Of a stretch of 64,000 nt of DNA, positions 35,974 to 50,376 are shown one piece after another. The position numbers were made by a program, and so were the translations under genes. The stretch's first letter is position 1. Every line of letters begins with the position of its first letter. Source of the stretch: an uncultured Nitrospiraceae bacterium. GTDB lineage: Bacteria; Nitrospirota; Thermodesulfovibrionia; Thermodesulfovibrionales; UBA6898. A model generated the notes under the pieces. It saw only the letters and a list, made by a program, of their open reading frames with translations, did not search any database and was not told where the DNA came from. The stretch is from assembly GCA_963811165.1 (NCBI GenBank), contig CAWEQH010000008.1, positions 160,001 to 224,000 on the forward strand. The letters are read 5' to 3'.

Positions 35974-36732
35974 TTAGAGGTAGATCATCTTTTTTGTCAT
36001 ACCGCCGTCGACCACAAAGTTGGCGCCTGTAATAAATGATGCCTCATCAGAGGCCAGATATACTACTATTGATGCGACATCTTCAGGTTTACCGACTCTT
36101 CCTGCAGGATGCTGTGTATGGTCGGCCTCGGTGAGTTTCGGCTCCAGTCTTGTGCTTTTCTTTTTCCAGTTCGATACGTCGATCCATCCAGGACTGATAC
36201 AGTTTACCCGGACAGTTGGGCCGAGACTTACCGCAAGGGCGTGAGAGAGTGCGAATATGCCGCCCTTTGACGCAGAGTATGCCTCGGTATCGGCCTCGGA
36301 CATGAAGGCACGCGTTGAGGCAATATTGATTACCGATCCTTTACTTTCTTTAAGGTATGTGGCGAAGTGTTTCGTGCAAAGAAAAGCGCCGGTAAGGTTT
36401 ACCGAGATGACCCTGTTCCATTCTTCGATAGATAGGACCGTGACAGGCCTGCTGAGAAACACACCTGCGTTGTTTACGAGGAGATGCATGCGCTCGTAAT
36501 TTCTCCACGTCTCCTTCGCCACTCTCTTCACATCCTCCTCCTTTGATATGTCGGCGCGGAGGAAAATAATATCTCCAGGACATGCAAACTCTTTGATAGT
36601 TTCTTGCCCGGCTTCTTCATCGATGTCCGTGATAACGACTCTCATCCCCTCTGAGATGAGCCTTCTTGCAACAGCTTTGCCTATCCCTTGAGCACCCCCG
36701 GTGATCACCGCCACCTTGCCCTTGAGAGCCAT
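35974..36732 (-). CDS. SDR family oxidoreductase
   Basis: TGGAQGIG, NNAG, YSASKGG, HPAGRVG motifs. Confidence 0.93.
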   Translation of the reverse strand: MALKGKVAVITGGAQGIGKAVARRLISEGMRVVITDIDEEAGQETIKEFACPGDIIFLRADISKEEDVKRVAKETWRNYERMHLLVNNAGVFLSRPVTVLSIEEWNRVISVNLTGAFLCTKHFATYLKESKGSVINIASTRAFMSEADTEAYSASKGGIFALSHALAVSLGPTVRVNCISPGWIDVSNWKKKSTRLEPKLTEADHTQHPAGRVGKPEDVASIVVYLASDEASFITGANFVVDGGMTKKMIYL

Positions 36733-36843
36733 TTCTTTATCTCCTTTCAGATTACGCAGTCCAGCCTGTAGTAAAGTGTACCAGCAAAAAAGGGTGGAGG
36801 GAATGCCCGCGGTAATTTGGGTTTGCGCCGAAGGTGAAAGGGA

Positions 36844-37269
36844 TTAGGAAAGAGAGGGCCGTTTGGGCCGCCGCTTTATTTCCTCGATAGCCTCTCTGAG
36901 GATGAGTGTTACATCAGGATTATCGTCGTTTAGCCCTCTTTCGAGAAAAGGGAGAACGGTCTCGTCAGCGATGATGCCCAGGATGTTCGAGACGTCTCCC
37001 CGTACAACCGGATTATCATGGTTAAGAAGCGGCAGCAAATGTGAGACGGCATCCCGCACGTAGTGCGCATCAAGGAGGCTGAGTTCTTCCATCAGCGCGG
37101 TTACGCCGATCCTTACCCTTACCCTTTCGTCTTGGATTAACTCCCCGACGAGGCCATAGAGTTTGTAGTCGTGTCTGAACATGTCGATGATGTTTTCGAG
37201 AAAGCCCTTTTCCATGTAGTCGGCTATCATCGTTACCAGGCCTGGGTCTATCTGGTGAGGTCCGCTCAT
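36844..37269 (-). CDS. HEAT repeat protein
   Basis: LL.HDNPVVRGD...LG and LNDDNPDV repeats. Confidence 0.75.
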   Translation of the reverse strand: MSGPHQIDPGLVTMIADYMEKGFLENIIDMFRHDYKLYGLVGELIQDERVRVRIGVTALMEELSLLDAHYVRDAVSHLLPLLNHDNPVVRGDVSNILGIIADETVLPFLERGLNDDNPDVTLILREAIEEIKRRPKRPSLS

Positions 37270-37351
37270 GGTTTTACTATACCATAGTCATGTACGCACG
37301 CCGGAAGGGAGAAGAAAACATCTTGCCCGATGAGGTACAATAGCCGCAGTC

Positions 37352-37768
37352 ATGGGCAAATGGATAAAAACCGACAGCGGACTTCCCGAGAAGGGCAAAA
37401 AGGTCCTCGTTTGGTGCGGCGAAGGCGTTGATCATTACGATATCGCTGCAGTCGACGAAGGCGGTACATGGACGGGCGTGCGTAATGGATCCATTCTCCC
37501 TGACTACTGGACTCATCTGCCGGAGCCTCCCTCTGAATCAAGAGATACTGTCCCGGCAGCCGGTATCGGAGGGGAAGTTATTGACGGCAGGTTAATGCTC
37601 GATATCGCGGAAGACAAAGAATCCATCGCTGAACTGATGCAGGGTTACATAAACGGCGACGAGGTTATTATAAACGGCGAACGCTATTTGGTGGCCGACA
37701 TAAAGAATGAGATCATCGGCGAAAAGGTAATTTCTGTTTTTTCCTTGAGGCGATCCGGGATACCGTAA
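37352..37768 (+). CDS. DUF551-like domain protein
   Basis: WIKTDSGLPE...VLVW...YWTHLPEPP pattern plus an acidic C-terminal domain. Confidence 0.65.
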   Translation: MGKWIKTDSGLPEKGKKVLVWCGEGVDHYDIAAVDEGGTWTGVRNGSILPDYWTHLPEPPSESRDTVPAAGIGGEVIDGRLMLDIAEDKESIAELMQGYINGDEVIINGERYLVADIKNEIIGEKVISVFSLRRSGIP

Positions 37769-37855
37769 ACACGCTTCAGACCCTCTCCCCTTCTGTTTCT
37801 CCCTTGATGCATCAAGCCGGTTTTTTATTGTATAATAATAACTTAGGTGGATTAT

Positions 37856-38528
37856 ATGGGGTTTTTCGGTAATATAAGGCGTGACTACAGGGCTGTCTTT
37901 GAGAGAGACCCGGCGGCACGTAACGGACTCGAAGTTTTTTTCGCGTACCCGGGTTTCCACGCTATATTCTGGCACAGGATCAACCACGTGCTTTGGAAAC
38001 TTGGGGTACCGGTTCATCCCCAGACTTTTTTCGCATATTGCACGTTTTCTGACCGGCATAGAAATACACCCTGCGGCTAAGATAGGCCCCGGTTTTTTTA
38101 TCGACCACGGTATGGGAGTTGTGATTGGCGAGACCGCGGAGGTCGGCGAGAACTGCCTTCTTTACCAGGGCGTTACCCTCGGCGGCACGGGCAAGGAAAA
38201 GGGGAAGCGCCATCCGACACTGAAAAACAACGTAGTTGTCGGAGCGGGAGCAAAGGTGCTTGGGGCTATTACGGTCGGGAATAATGTTATTATAGGTGCC
38301 AATTCCGTCATCTTAAAGCCGGTCCCCGACAACGCGATTTGCGTAGGTGTCCCGGGCAGGATTACGAGGAAAAAGATCGTCAGGATGACGACGGAGGACG
38401 GCATGGTCGAGGTGATGGATTATTTCCCCGACCCTGTTGTAGAAAAGCAGAAGGAACTCGAATCGCGCATCGATGAACTTACGAAGAGACTCGACAGCGT
38501 CGAAATGGCGATGGATAGAGGAGGACGG
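37856..38528 (+). CDS. cysE: serine O-acetyltransferase (one indel near 38011; no stop before cysS)
   Basis: [42 protein letters not shown] motifs. Confidence 0.93.
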
Positions 38529-39983
38529 ATGAAGATCTATAACACCCTTACCGGCAAGAAGGAGGAATTCATGCCGGTGGAGCCGGGAAAGGTCGGGATG
38601 TACGCCTGCGGCGTCACGGTTTATGACCATTGCCACATCGGCCATGCGCGGTCCGCCGTGGTCTTCGACGTCATGCGGAGGTACATGATATACAAGGGGT
38701 ATCAGTTCAAATACGTGCGCAACTTTACCGACATCGACGATAAGATCATAAACAAGGCGAATAAGGAAGGGGTCACCTGGGACGCCATCGCGAGGAAATA
38801 TACGGATGAGTATTACAGGGACATGGACCGCCTCGGCATCGGAAGGGCAGACGTAGAGCCGAAGGCAACGGACCACATCAAAGAGATCATTGAGATGGTG
38901 AGCGGCCTTGTCGAAAAAGGATATGCCTATGAAATCGACGGCAGCATCTACTTCGAGGTATCGAAGTTTTCGGGCTACGGGAAACTATCAAAGAGGGACC
39001 TTGAAGATCTGATGGCCGGCGCCAGGGTTGAAGTGGACGAGCGAAAGAAAAACCCAATGGACTTTGCCCTCTGGAAGGCCTCGAAAGAAGGCGAGCCGGC
39101 ATGGGAGAGCCCCTGGGGGCCGGGCAGGCCCGGCTGGCACATTGAATGCTCGGCTATGTCCCGAAAGCATCTCGGCGAGACCTTGGACATACATGGGGGC
39201 GGGGCCGACCTCATCTTCCCTCACCACGAGAATGAGATAGCACAGTCGGAGGCGTATACCGGCAAGCCATTTGTCAGATACTGGGTCCATAACGGATTTA
39301 TCACGGTCGACAAGGAGAAGATGTCCAAATCCCTCGGCAACTTCTTTACCATCCAGGAAATACTGAATAAATTCGATGCCGAAGCGGTGAGGTTCTTTCT
39401 CCTTTCAACGCACTACAGAAGTCCTATCGAATTTTCAGACGAGCAATTGAGGGAGGCCGAGGCGTCTATAGACAGATATTATACGACGGTCCTGAGGATC
39501 AGGGAGTTCCTTTCACAGGACGGCGCAAAAGAAAAGGCGGCAGCTGATGAGAAGGCCCTCGATGACCTCCTTTCGAAATTCGTCGAAAAGTTCAAGGAAG
39601 CTATGGACGACGATTTCAATACCGCGCTTGCGATCGGCAACGTCTTCGAACTTATCAGAATGCTCAATAAGTATATGGACGGACGACCTTCCGGAAGCAA
39701 GGCCAACGGACTTATTCAGAAGGCGGCTGACTTTCTGAAGGAGACGGGTAACGTCCTGAACATCTTCACACGTACCCCCGAGGAATGGTACAAGGCCCTT
39801 ATGGACGTCAAGAACATAGGGCTCACCGAGGCGGACATCCTCATTAGGATAAACGAGCGGAAAGAGGCGAGGGAGAGAAAAGATTGGGCAGGGGCGGACA
39901 AGATAAGGAAAGAACTCGAAGAGAAGGGGATTTTACTTGAAGACAGGAAAGACGGGACAGGGTGGAAGATCAAGATCGCATGA
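38529..39983 (+). CDS. cysS: cysteine--tRNA ligase
   Basis: [31 protein letters not shown] motifs; GGAGG before the ATG. Confidence 0.98.
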   Translation: MKIYNTLTGKKEEFMPVEPGKVGMYACGVTVYDHCHIGHARSAVVFDVMRRYMIYKGYQFKYVRNFTDIDDKIINKANKEGVTWDAIARKYTDEYYRDMDRLGIGRADVEPKATDHIKEIIEMVSGLVEKGYAYEIDGSIYFEVSKFSGYGKLSKRDLEDLMAGARVEVDERKKNPMDFALWKASKEGEPAWESPWGPGRPGWHIECSAMSRKHLGETLDIHGGGADLIFPHHENEIAQSEAYTGKPFVRYWVHNGFITVDKEKMSKSLGNFFTIQEILNKFDAEAVRFFLLSTHYRSPIEFSDEQLREAEASIDRYYTTVLRIREFLSQDGAKEKAAADEKALDDLLSKFVEKFKEAMDDDFNTALAIGNVFELIRMLNKYMDGRPSGSKANGLIQKAADFLKETGNVLNIFTRTPEEWYKALMDVKNIGLTEADILIRINERKEARERKDWAGADKIRKELEEKGILLEDRKDGTGWKIKIA

Positions 39984-40713
39984 TGAATGGGTCTACGGGC
40001 TTAACCCTGTCCTTGAAGCGATAAAGTCGGGCCGTCAGGTCAAAACGGTATTCCTGTCCGTGTCCCGTAGAGAGGGGATCGCCGGCATAGAGCGCGAAAT
40101 TGCCTCTAGGGGGATAACGCTGAAGAAGGCCGACCAGTTTTTTTTCGACAGCAGGTTCCCAAAAGGACATCAGGGTATTGCCGCGGTCGTTGCCCCCAGG
40201 GAATATGCCGATTTAGAGGAACTGCTCATGATACCTTCTTCGAAAAATGAGACTCCTTTTTTCCTTATCCTGGACTGTATAGAGGACCCGAGGAATTTCG
40301 GGGCGATCTTAAGGACGGCTGACGCAGGGGGGGTCCATGGCGTTGTTATCCAGTCTCACAGGTCCGCAACGCTGGTCCCTGAGGCGGTAAAGGCCTCGGC
40401 CGGGGCTGCCGAATACATACCCGTAGCGATGGTGGCGAATATTAAGCATGTGATAGCGGACATGAAAGGAGAGGGAGTTTTGGTTGTGGGTGCAGAGGCT
40501 GGTACGGGCAGGACAATATGGGACCTCGACCTGAGTGTTCCTTTGGCGCTCGTGGTGGGGTCTGAAGGCAAGGGTCTGAGAAAAACAGTAAAAGAGGACT
40601 GTGATGTGCTCGTAAGTCTCCCCATGAAAGGCAGGGTTAATTCCCTCAATGTGTCTGTTGCGGCTGCTATTATGATTTATGAGATAATTCATCAAAGAAT
40701 AAGCAAAATGTAG
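39937..40713 (+). CDS. rlmB: 23S rRNA Gm2251 methyltransferase
   Basis: [27 protein letters not shown] motifs. Start uncertain. Confidence 0.93.
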   Translation: MKTGKTGQGGRSRSHDEWVYGLNPVLEAIKSGRQVKTVFLSVSRREGIAGIEREIASRGITLKKADQFFFDSRFPKGHQGIAAVVAPREYADLEELLMIPSSKNETPFFLILDCIEDPRNFGAILRTADAGGVHGVVIQSHRSATLVPEAVKASAGAAEYIPVAMVANIKHVIADMKGEGVLVVGAEAGTGRTIWDLDLSVPLALVVGSEGKGLRKTVKEDCDVLVSLPMKGRVNSLNVSVAAAIMIYEIIHQRISKM

Positions 40714-40841
40714 GTTTTTCGAGAAATAATAATTTTTCCGAAGGTAGACCTTGTTTTTTTGCTGTTGACCGCGGTATAATATTTTCTTTATATTATTTAG
40801 TTCTAAAAGGTCTATGGAGTACTGTTGTCTTTTTGAGGAAC

Positions 40842-40917
40842 GCCACCGTAGCTCAGTTGGTAGAGCAGTTGATTTGTAATCACAGGGTCGGGGGTTCGAA
40901 TCCCTTCGGTGGCTCCA
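40842..40917 (+). tRNA. tRNA-Thr(TGT)
   Basis: GCCACCG acceptor, TAGCTCAG, anticodon TGT, GTTCGAATC, CCA end. Anticodon stem is imperfect. Confidence 0.9.
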
Positions 40918-41007
40918 CGGAGAGTGATGGGTGTCGGCGCACAGTGTCAGCAAAATGTCCGATCTTGATCGTTGACATAAGACACTAATCACTGACACGT
41001 TGGATAC

Positions 41008-41092
41008 GGAGAGGTACCCGAGTGGCCAAAGGGGACGGGCTGTAAACCCGTTGGCGTAGCCTACGGAGGTTCAAATCCTCCCCTCTCCACCA
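41008..41092 (+). tRNA. tRNA-Tyr(GTA)
   Basis: GGAGAGG acceptor, CTGTAAA loop, long variable arm, CCA end. Confidence 0.96.
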
Positions 41093-41207
41093 TGAAAGAT
41101 TAGAGGCAAATTTTTCAGTTGGGAGCAATGGGCGCCTGGCAAATGAGGAAAAAGCAGATTCTTTAAGACTCATTGCTCGTGCCGGGAACTCATGGCTTAA
41201 AGTGAAT

Positions 41208-41282
41208 GCGGGAGTAGCTCAGTGGTAGAGCGTCAGCCTTCCAAGCTGAGGGTCGCGGGTTCGAATCCCGTTTCCCGCTCCA
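41208..41282 (+). tRNA. tRNA-Gly(TCC)
   Basis: GCGGGAG acceptor, CTTCCAA loop, CCA end. Confidence 0.96.
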
Positions 41283-41343
41283 TAAAACAGAAATGATCAG
41301 CGAGTTAAGGCGAGAGTTATCAGACTGACTGCTGTTTTTAGAT

Positions 41344-41419
41344 GCCCATGTAGCTCAGTCGGCAGAGCACATCCTTGGTAAGGATGAGGTCACCAGTTCG
41401 ATTCTGGTCATGGGCTCCA
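41344..41419 (+). tRNA. tRNA-Thr(GGT)
   Basis: GCCCATG acceptor, TTGGTAA loop, CCA end. Confidence 0.96.
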
Positions 41420-41505
41420 TGAAAGGCGTAGAGACAACATGTATATTGTTTATTTTTGGAAACAGATTTATGGAGCTAAAGCTATGAATTTTTGTAGGAG
41501 GCAAG

Positions 41506-42705
41506 ATGGCAAAGGCAAAATTTGAGAGGACGAAACCTCATTGCAACGTAGGGACGATAGGGCACGTAGACCACGGCAAGACGACATTGACGGCTGCGAT
41601 AACGAAGGTGCTGGCGTTTACCGGTCAGGCGACGTACCGGGCGTATGATTCGATAGATAACGCACCTGAGGAGAAGGCCAGGGGTATAACGATTGCTACG
41701 GCGCACGTTGAGTACGAGACGGCCAACAGGCATTATGCGCACGTAGATTGTCCTGGACATGCGGACTATGTGAAGAACATGATCACCGGGGCGGCGCAGA
41801 TGGACGGGGCGATACTGGTGGTGAGTGCAGCAGACGGGCCGATGCCGCAGACGAGGGAGCATATACTTCTTGCAAGACAGGTAGGGGTACCGTACATAGT
41901 GGTGTACATGAACAAGACGGACATGGTGGACGACCCTGAACTATTGGATTTGGTGGAGCTTGAGGTGAGGGAGCTATTGTCTAAGTACCAGTTTCCTGGG
42001 GACAAGATACCGATCATAAAGGGCAGTGCGCTTAAGGCGATAGAGAGCACGTCTACGGACCCCAAGGCTGAGGAGTACAAGAGCATCCATGAGCTGATGG
42101 ATGCGGTGGACAGCTATGTACCAACGCCTGAGAGGCCTATAGACAAGCCGTTTTTGATGCCGATAGAGGACGTATTTTCGATCTCCGGCCGTGGGACGGT
42201 GGTGACGGGCAGGGTAGAGAGAGGCATAGTGAAGGTAGGCGAGGAAATGGAGATAGTGGGGTTAGGGGAGACGAGGAAGACGGTAGCGACTGGGGTAGAG
42301 ATGTTCCGGAAGCTGCTGGATGAAGGCAGGGCAGGGGACAACATCGGAGCGCTGTTAAGAGGAATAGGGAAGGACGACGTGGAGCGTGGACAAGTATTGG
42401 CGAAACCTGGTAGTATAACGCCTCATACGAAGTTCAAGTGCGAAGTATATATATTGACGAAGGAAGAGGGTGGCAGGCATACGCCGTTTTTCAAGGGGTA
42501 CCGGCCGCAGTTTTATTTCAGGACGACGGACGTTACAGGAGTGGCGCAGTTGCCCGATGGAGTTGAGATGGTGATGCCTGGGGACAACGTGAGCCTCTCG
42601 GTTGAGCTGATATCTCCGATAGCGATGGAGAAGGAACTGAGGTTTGCCATAAGAGAGGGCGGCCGCACCGTCGGAGCCGGAGTCGTTACCGAGGTGATAG
42701 CATGA
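41506..42705 (+). CDS. tuf: elongation factor Tu
   Basis: [27 protein letters not shown] motifs. Confidence 0.99.
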   Translation: MAKAKFERTKPHCNVGTIGHVDHGKTTLTAAITKVLAFTGQATYRAYDSIDNAPEEKARGITIATAHVEYETANRHYAHVDCPGHADYVKNMITGAAQMDGAILVVSAADGPMPQTREHILLARQVGVPYIVVYMNKTDMVDDPELLDLVELEVRELLSKYQFPGDKIPIIKGSALKAIESTSTDPKAEEYKSIHELMDAVDSYVPTPERPIDKPFLMPIEDVFSISGRGTVVTGRVERGIVKVGEEMEIVGLGETRKTVATGVEMFRKLLDEGRAGDNIGALLRGIGKDDVERGQVLAKPGSITPHTKFKCEVYILTKEEGGRHTPFFKGYRPQFYFRTTDVTGVAQLPDGVEMVMPGDNVSLSVELISPIAMEKELRFAIREGGRTVGAGVVTEVIA

Positions 42706-42855
42706 GAGATATATTCCTTTTTCAGTGCACCGAGTGCAAGAGACAAGAACTATTCGACCATGAAAAACAAAAAGAATACAACTGACAAGCTCCAGAGGAA
42801 GAAGTTCTGCAGGCAGTGCGGGAAGCACACAATGCATAAAGAGACAAAGGCATAA
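42702..42855 (+). CDS. rpmG: 50S ribosomal protein L33 (Zn-binding type; indel)
   Basis: [13 protein letters not shown], then a shifted [36 protein letters not shown]. Not in the ORF track. Confidence 0.9.
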
Positions 42856-42941
42856 TAGAGTGAACGGTGAAAGCGTTGTCAGTGGACGGTAATGGATTTT
42901 CTGTTATTCACCATTCGCTATTGACTATTTACTTAACTTGT

Positions 42942-43018
42942 AGGCCAGTAGCTCTAACGGCTAGAGCATCGGACTCCAAATCCGAGGGATGGGGGTTCAA
43001 ATCCCTCCTGGCCTGCCA
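42942..43018 (+). tRNA. tRNA-Trp(CCA)
   Basis: AGGCCAG acceptor, CTCCAAA loop, CCA end; before secE. Confidence 0.95.
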
Positions 43019-43037
43019 TATGAACGAGGACGGATGA

Positions 43038-43223
43038 ATGATAGAGAAGATTAAACAGTTTTTCAGGGAAGTCAAAATTGAGACCAACAAGGTTGTGTAT
43101 CCGAACAGGGAAGAGCTGATAGGCTCCACATGGGTAGTGATCATTACGGTAGTCGTCGTGTCCGTTTTCCTCGGGATAGTAGACCTCGGGCTTACGAAGC
43201 TGATCGGGCTGGCGATAAGGTAG
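43038..43223 (+). CDS. secE: preprotein translocase SecE
   Basis: EVKIETNKVVYPNREE plus a TM segment; gene context. Confidence 0.93.
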   Translation: MIEKIKQFFREVKIETNKVVYPNREELIGSTWVVIITVVVVSVFLGIVDLGLTKLIGLAIR

Positions 43224-43227
43224 GATG

Positions 43228-43754
43228 ATGGGAAAAAACTGGTATGTAGTTCATACGTACTCCGGGTTCGAAGAGAAGGTGAGGCTTTCCATCGAGGAAA
43301 AGATCGAAGCCTTGGGCTTGCAGGAGAAGATATTGAAAGTACTTATACCGACCGAGAGGGTTGTGGAACTAAGGGCCGGCAAGAAGAAAGAAAGCGATAA
43401 GAAGTTCTATCCGGGATACATTCTTGTTGAAATGGAGCTTGATGACGAGACATGGCATCTCATAAAAAATATTCCGAGGGTGACCGGTTTTGTCGGCGGG
43501 AAGAAGCCTGTTCCGATACCCGAGGAAGAGGTCGAGATTATCATGCAGCAGGTTGAGAAAGGGCCCCGTTCCTCAGGTCAAGACCCAGTTCCAGAAAGGT
43601 GACAGCGTCAGGATTGTCGACGGTCCCTTCAGCAATTTTAACGGTTTTGTCGAGGATGTGGACATGGACCATGGCCGGCTTCGTGTTATGGTCAGCATAT
43701 TCGGCAGGCAATACGCCGGTTGAGCTCAATTTTTTCCAGGTGGAAAAGAATTAA
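43228..43754 (+). CDS. nusG: transcription factor NusG (indels)
   Basis: WYVVHTYSGFE, FYPGYILV motifs; KOW GDSVRIVDGPF, VSIFGR. Confidence 0.95.
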
Positions 43755-43792
43755 CTTTCAGTAGTTTGAAATAAGGCAGGAGGAAAAGTAAA

Positions 43793-44221
43793 ATGGCTAA
43801 AAAACAGATGACGCCCAGGTAAAACTTCAGATAGCCGCAGGGAAGGCAACCCCTGCGCCCCCGGTGGGCCCGGCGCTTGGTCCCCACGGGGTCAATATCA
43901 TGGAGTTCTGCAAGGCATTCAATGCGCAGACCCAGGCACTTGGGGACACGATCATCCCGATAGTGATGACTATATATGCCGACAGGTCATTTACATTCAT
44001 TACCAAGACCCCGCCGGCATCGGAACTGCTCAAGAAAGCGGCGGGAGTAATAAAGGGTTCAAGCGTTCCAAACAAGGACAAGGTGGGAAAGATCTACAAC
44101 GGCGCAAGTCAAGGAGATGGCGCAGACAAAGCTTCCTGACCTCAACGCATACTCTATAGATGAGGCTATGAAGATCATCGCCGGCACCGCCAGGAGCATG
44201 GGCGTTGAGATAGTGGATTAA
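43793..44221 (+). CDS. rplK: 50S ribosomal protein L11 (indels)
   Basis: [26 protein letters not shown] motifs. Confidence 0.95.
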
Positions 44222-44234
44222 GACGGAGGCAAAG

Positions 44235-44950
44235 ATGGGAAAGAAGATGAAGCGGCACTAGAAAAGATGGAAAAGGGCAAGGAGTATTCTCTTGAGGAGG
44301 CGGTGGGTCAAGGTAAAGAAGATGGCCTATACGAAGTTCGACGAAACAGTTGATCTGGCGTTTAACTTGGGGGTTGATCCGAGAAAATCGGACCAGATGG
44401 TAAGGGGTACTGTTGTGCTTCCTCACGGAACCGGCAAGAACGTACAGGGTCCTTGTTTTTGCAAAAGGAGAGAAAGAGAAGGAGGCCAGGGACGCCGGGG
44501 CTGATTTTGTCGGCGCAGAGGACATGGTGGAGAAGATAACCAAAGGGATGGCTTGATTTCGATAAGGTCGTGGCAACACCGGATATCATGGGTGTTGTTG
44601 GGAAGCTCGGCAAAGTCCTCGGGCCGAGAGGACTGATGCCCAACCCGAAACTCGGTACGGTCACCTTTGACGTGGCAAAGGCGGTCAAGGAAATCAAGGC
44701 TGGCAAGGTCGAGTACAAGACTGAAAAGGCCGGTGTTGTACAAGTGCCGATCGGCAAGGTCTCCTTTGACGAGCAGAAGCTCATGGAAAATGCAAAGGCA
44801 ATAATGGATTCGGTGAGCAAGGCAAAGCCCTCGACCAGCAAGGGCAAGTATGTAAAGAAGCTGTATATCTCATCCACCATGGGGCCAGGGCTGAAAGTGG
44901 ATCCGAGTTCAGTCAGCGCAGGCAAAATAGTAATAGAAAATCGGACATAA
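44235..44950 (+). CDS. rplA: 50S ribosomal protein L1 (indels)
   Basis: [35 protein letters not shown] motifs. Confidence 0.95.
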
Positions 44951-44965
44951 GTTCGTATTATATTA

Positions 44966-45050
44966 GTCAGAGACAGTAGGCGTAAAGACTTAATTCGGCC
45001 TGAGGGTACGCGTAAAGCATGGCGGCCGGAGGGACGAGCCTACCGAGGCT
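44966..45050 (+). ncRNA. L10 leader (rplJ-rplL autoregulatory element)
   Basis: AGAGACAGTAGG...CTTAAT...CCTACCGAGG consensus upstream of rplJ. Confidence 0.8.
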
Positions 45051-45199
45051 AAGGAGCACTCGTCATACAGACGGGGCGAAAAATGAAAAAATGGGCGGAG
45101 GTGCAGATGAGGGATCACACGCAGGAACCTTATCTCCATTCTCTCATTTTCATGGTGATGTCAGTTCGCCTGCCAGGGTCTCTGGGAAAGGAGGTCTAA

Positions 45200-45727
45200 C
45201 TGAATAAGGAACAGAAAAAACAGGTAATAGCCGGCCTGAAAGACAAGTTTTCAAGGGCAAAAGCGGTGGTCTTCACGGATTATAAGGGGATGACCGTTGC
45301 TGAGCTCACTGATCTCAGAAGACTGCTCAAGAAATCTTCTCTGGATTACAGCGTAGTGAAAAACACTCTTGCCAAGATTGCGTGCGAAGGATACCATCGT
45401 GTCAGCGGCAGAGAGTGTGTTCAAGGGCCCTGTCGGGATTGCCATCGGCTATGATGACCCTGTCCTGGTGGTGAAAAAGGTCCTCGAATTCGCGAAGACG
45501 AACGAAAAGATTCGGGTGAAGGGCGCGGTTGTAGAAGGGAAGCTCTGCGAGCCCGCCGAGGTAAAGGAGATCGCAGAATTGCCTTCAAGGGAAGTTCTTC
45601 TGTCCATGGTGGCGGGTGCCTTCCAGGCGCCGACGTCAGCAAGATGGCCGGGGCTCTTGCCGCGACAGTCAGCAGTTTCGCCTATGCATTGCAGGCGTTT
45701 GAAAAGAAAAAAAGTGTCAGTGGATAG
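45200..45727 (+). CDS. rplJ: 50S ribosomal protein L10 (indels; non-ATG start; ends approximate)
   Basis: DYKGMTV..LTDLR, VVKNTLA, LPSREVLL motifs; GGAGG RBS before a CTG. Confidence 0.9.
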
Positions 45728-45797
45728 TGCGGAATCAGGTGAAGAACACAGTACAAAACTACACGTACACTAGATTAAAAATAAGGAGGTTTCACTA

Positions 45798-46177
45798 ATG
45801 TCTGTCACAAAGGAAGAGGTTTTTGAATTTATTGATAATATGACGATCCTCGATATGTCAAAGTTCGTAAAGGAGTTTGAAGAGAGATATGGGGTAACCG
45901 CTGCAGCCCCTGTCGCCGTTGCAGCTGCTGCCGCTGCCGCGGCAGCGCCTGCCGCTGAGGAGAAGACGAGCTTCGATGTTGTTCTCACTGCTGCAGGCGA
46001 CAAGAAGATCCAGGTGATCAAGGTCGTCAGGGAACTGACAGGTCTTGGACTTAAGGAGGCGAAAGACCTTGTCGACGGCGCTCCGAAGCCCGTAAAGACC
46101 GGTGTTGTCAAAGGAAGAGGCCGACCTCGATGAAGGCGAAGCTGGAGGAGCAGGGAGCAACAGTAGAAATAAAGTAG
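45798..46177 (+). CDS. rplL: 50S ribosomal protein L7/L12 (indel near the 3' end)
   Basis: Ala hinge, [21 protein letters not shown] motifs. Confidence 0.96.
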
Positions 46178-46202
46178 AAATTATGTTACAAGGTTTAGAA
46201 TC

Positions 46203-46245
46203 AGGTAGAGGGACCGGGGTAGTCTGCTCCGCCTCTACCTTTTCC
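46203..46245 (+). terminator. rplL-rpoB attenuator/terminator
   Basis: AGGTAGAGG...CCTCTACCT followed by TTT. Confidence 0.7.
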
Positions 46246-46266
46246 TTTAATCGGAGAAGGAGATAT

Positions 46267-50375
<4,109 letters not shown>

Positions 50376-50376
50376 A

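Noticed and set aside
40842..43018. tRNA genes as prophage or island attachment sites
   Set aside because: No integrase and no duplicated tRNA 3' end seen; the cluster has the standard thr-tyr-gly-thr-tuf order.
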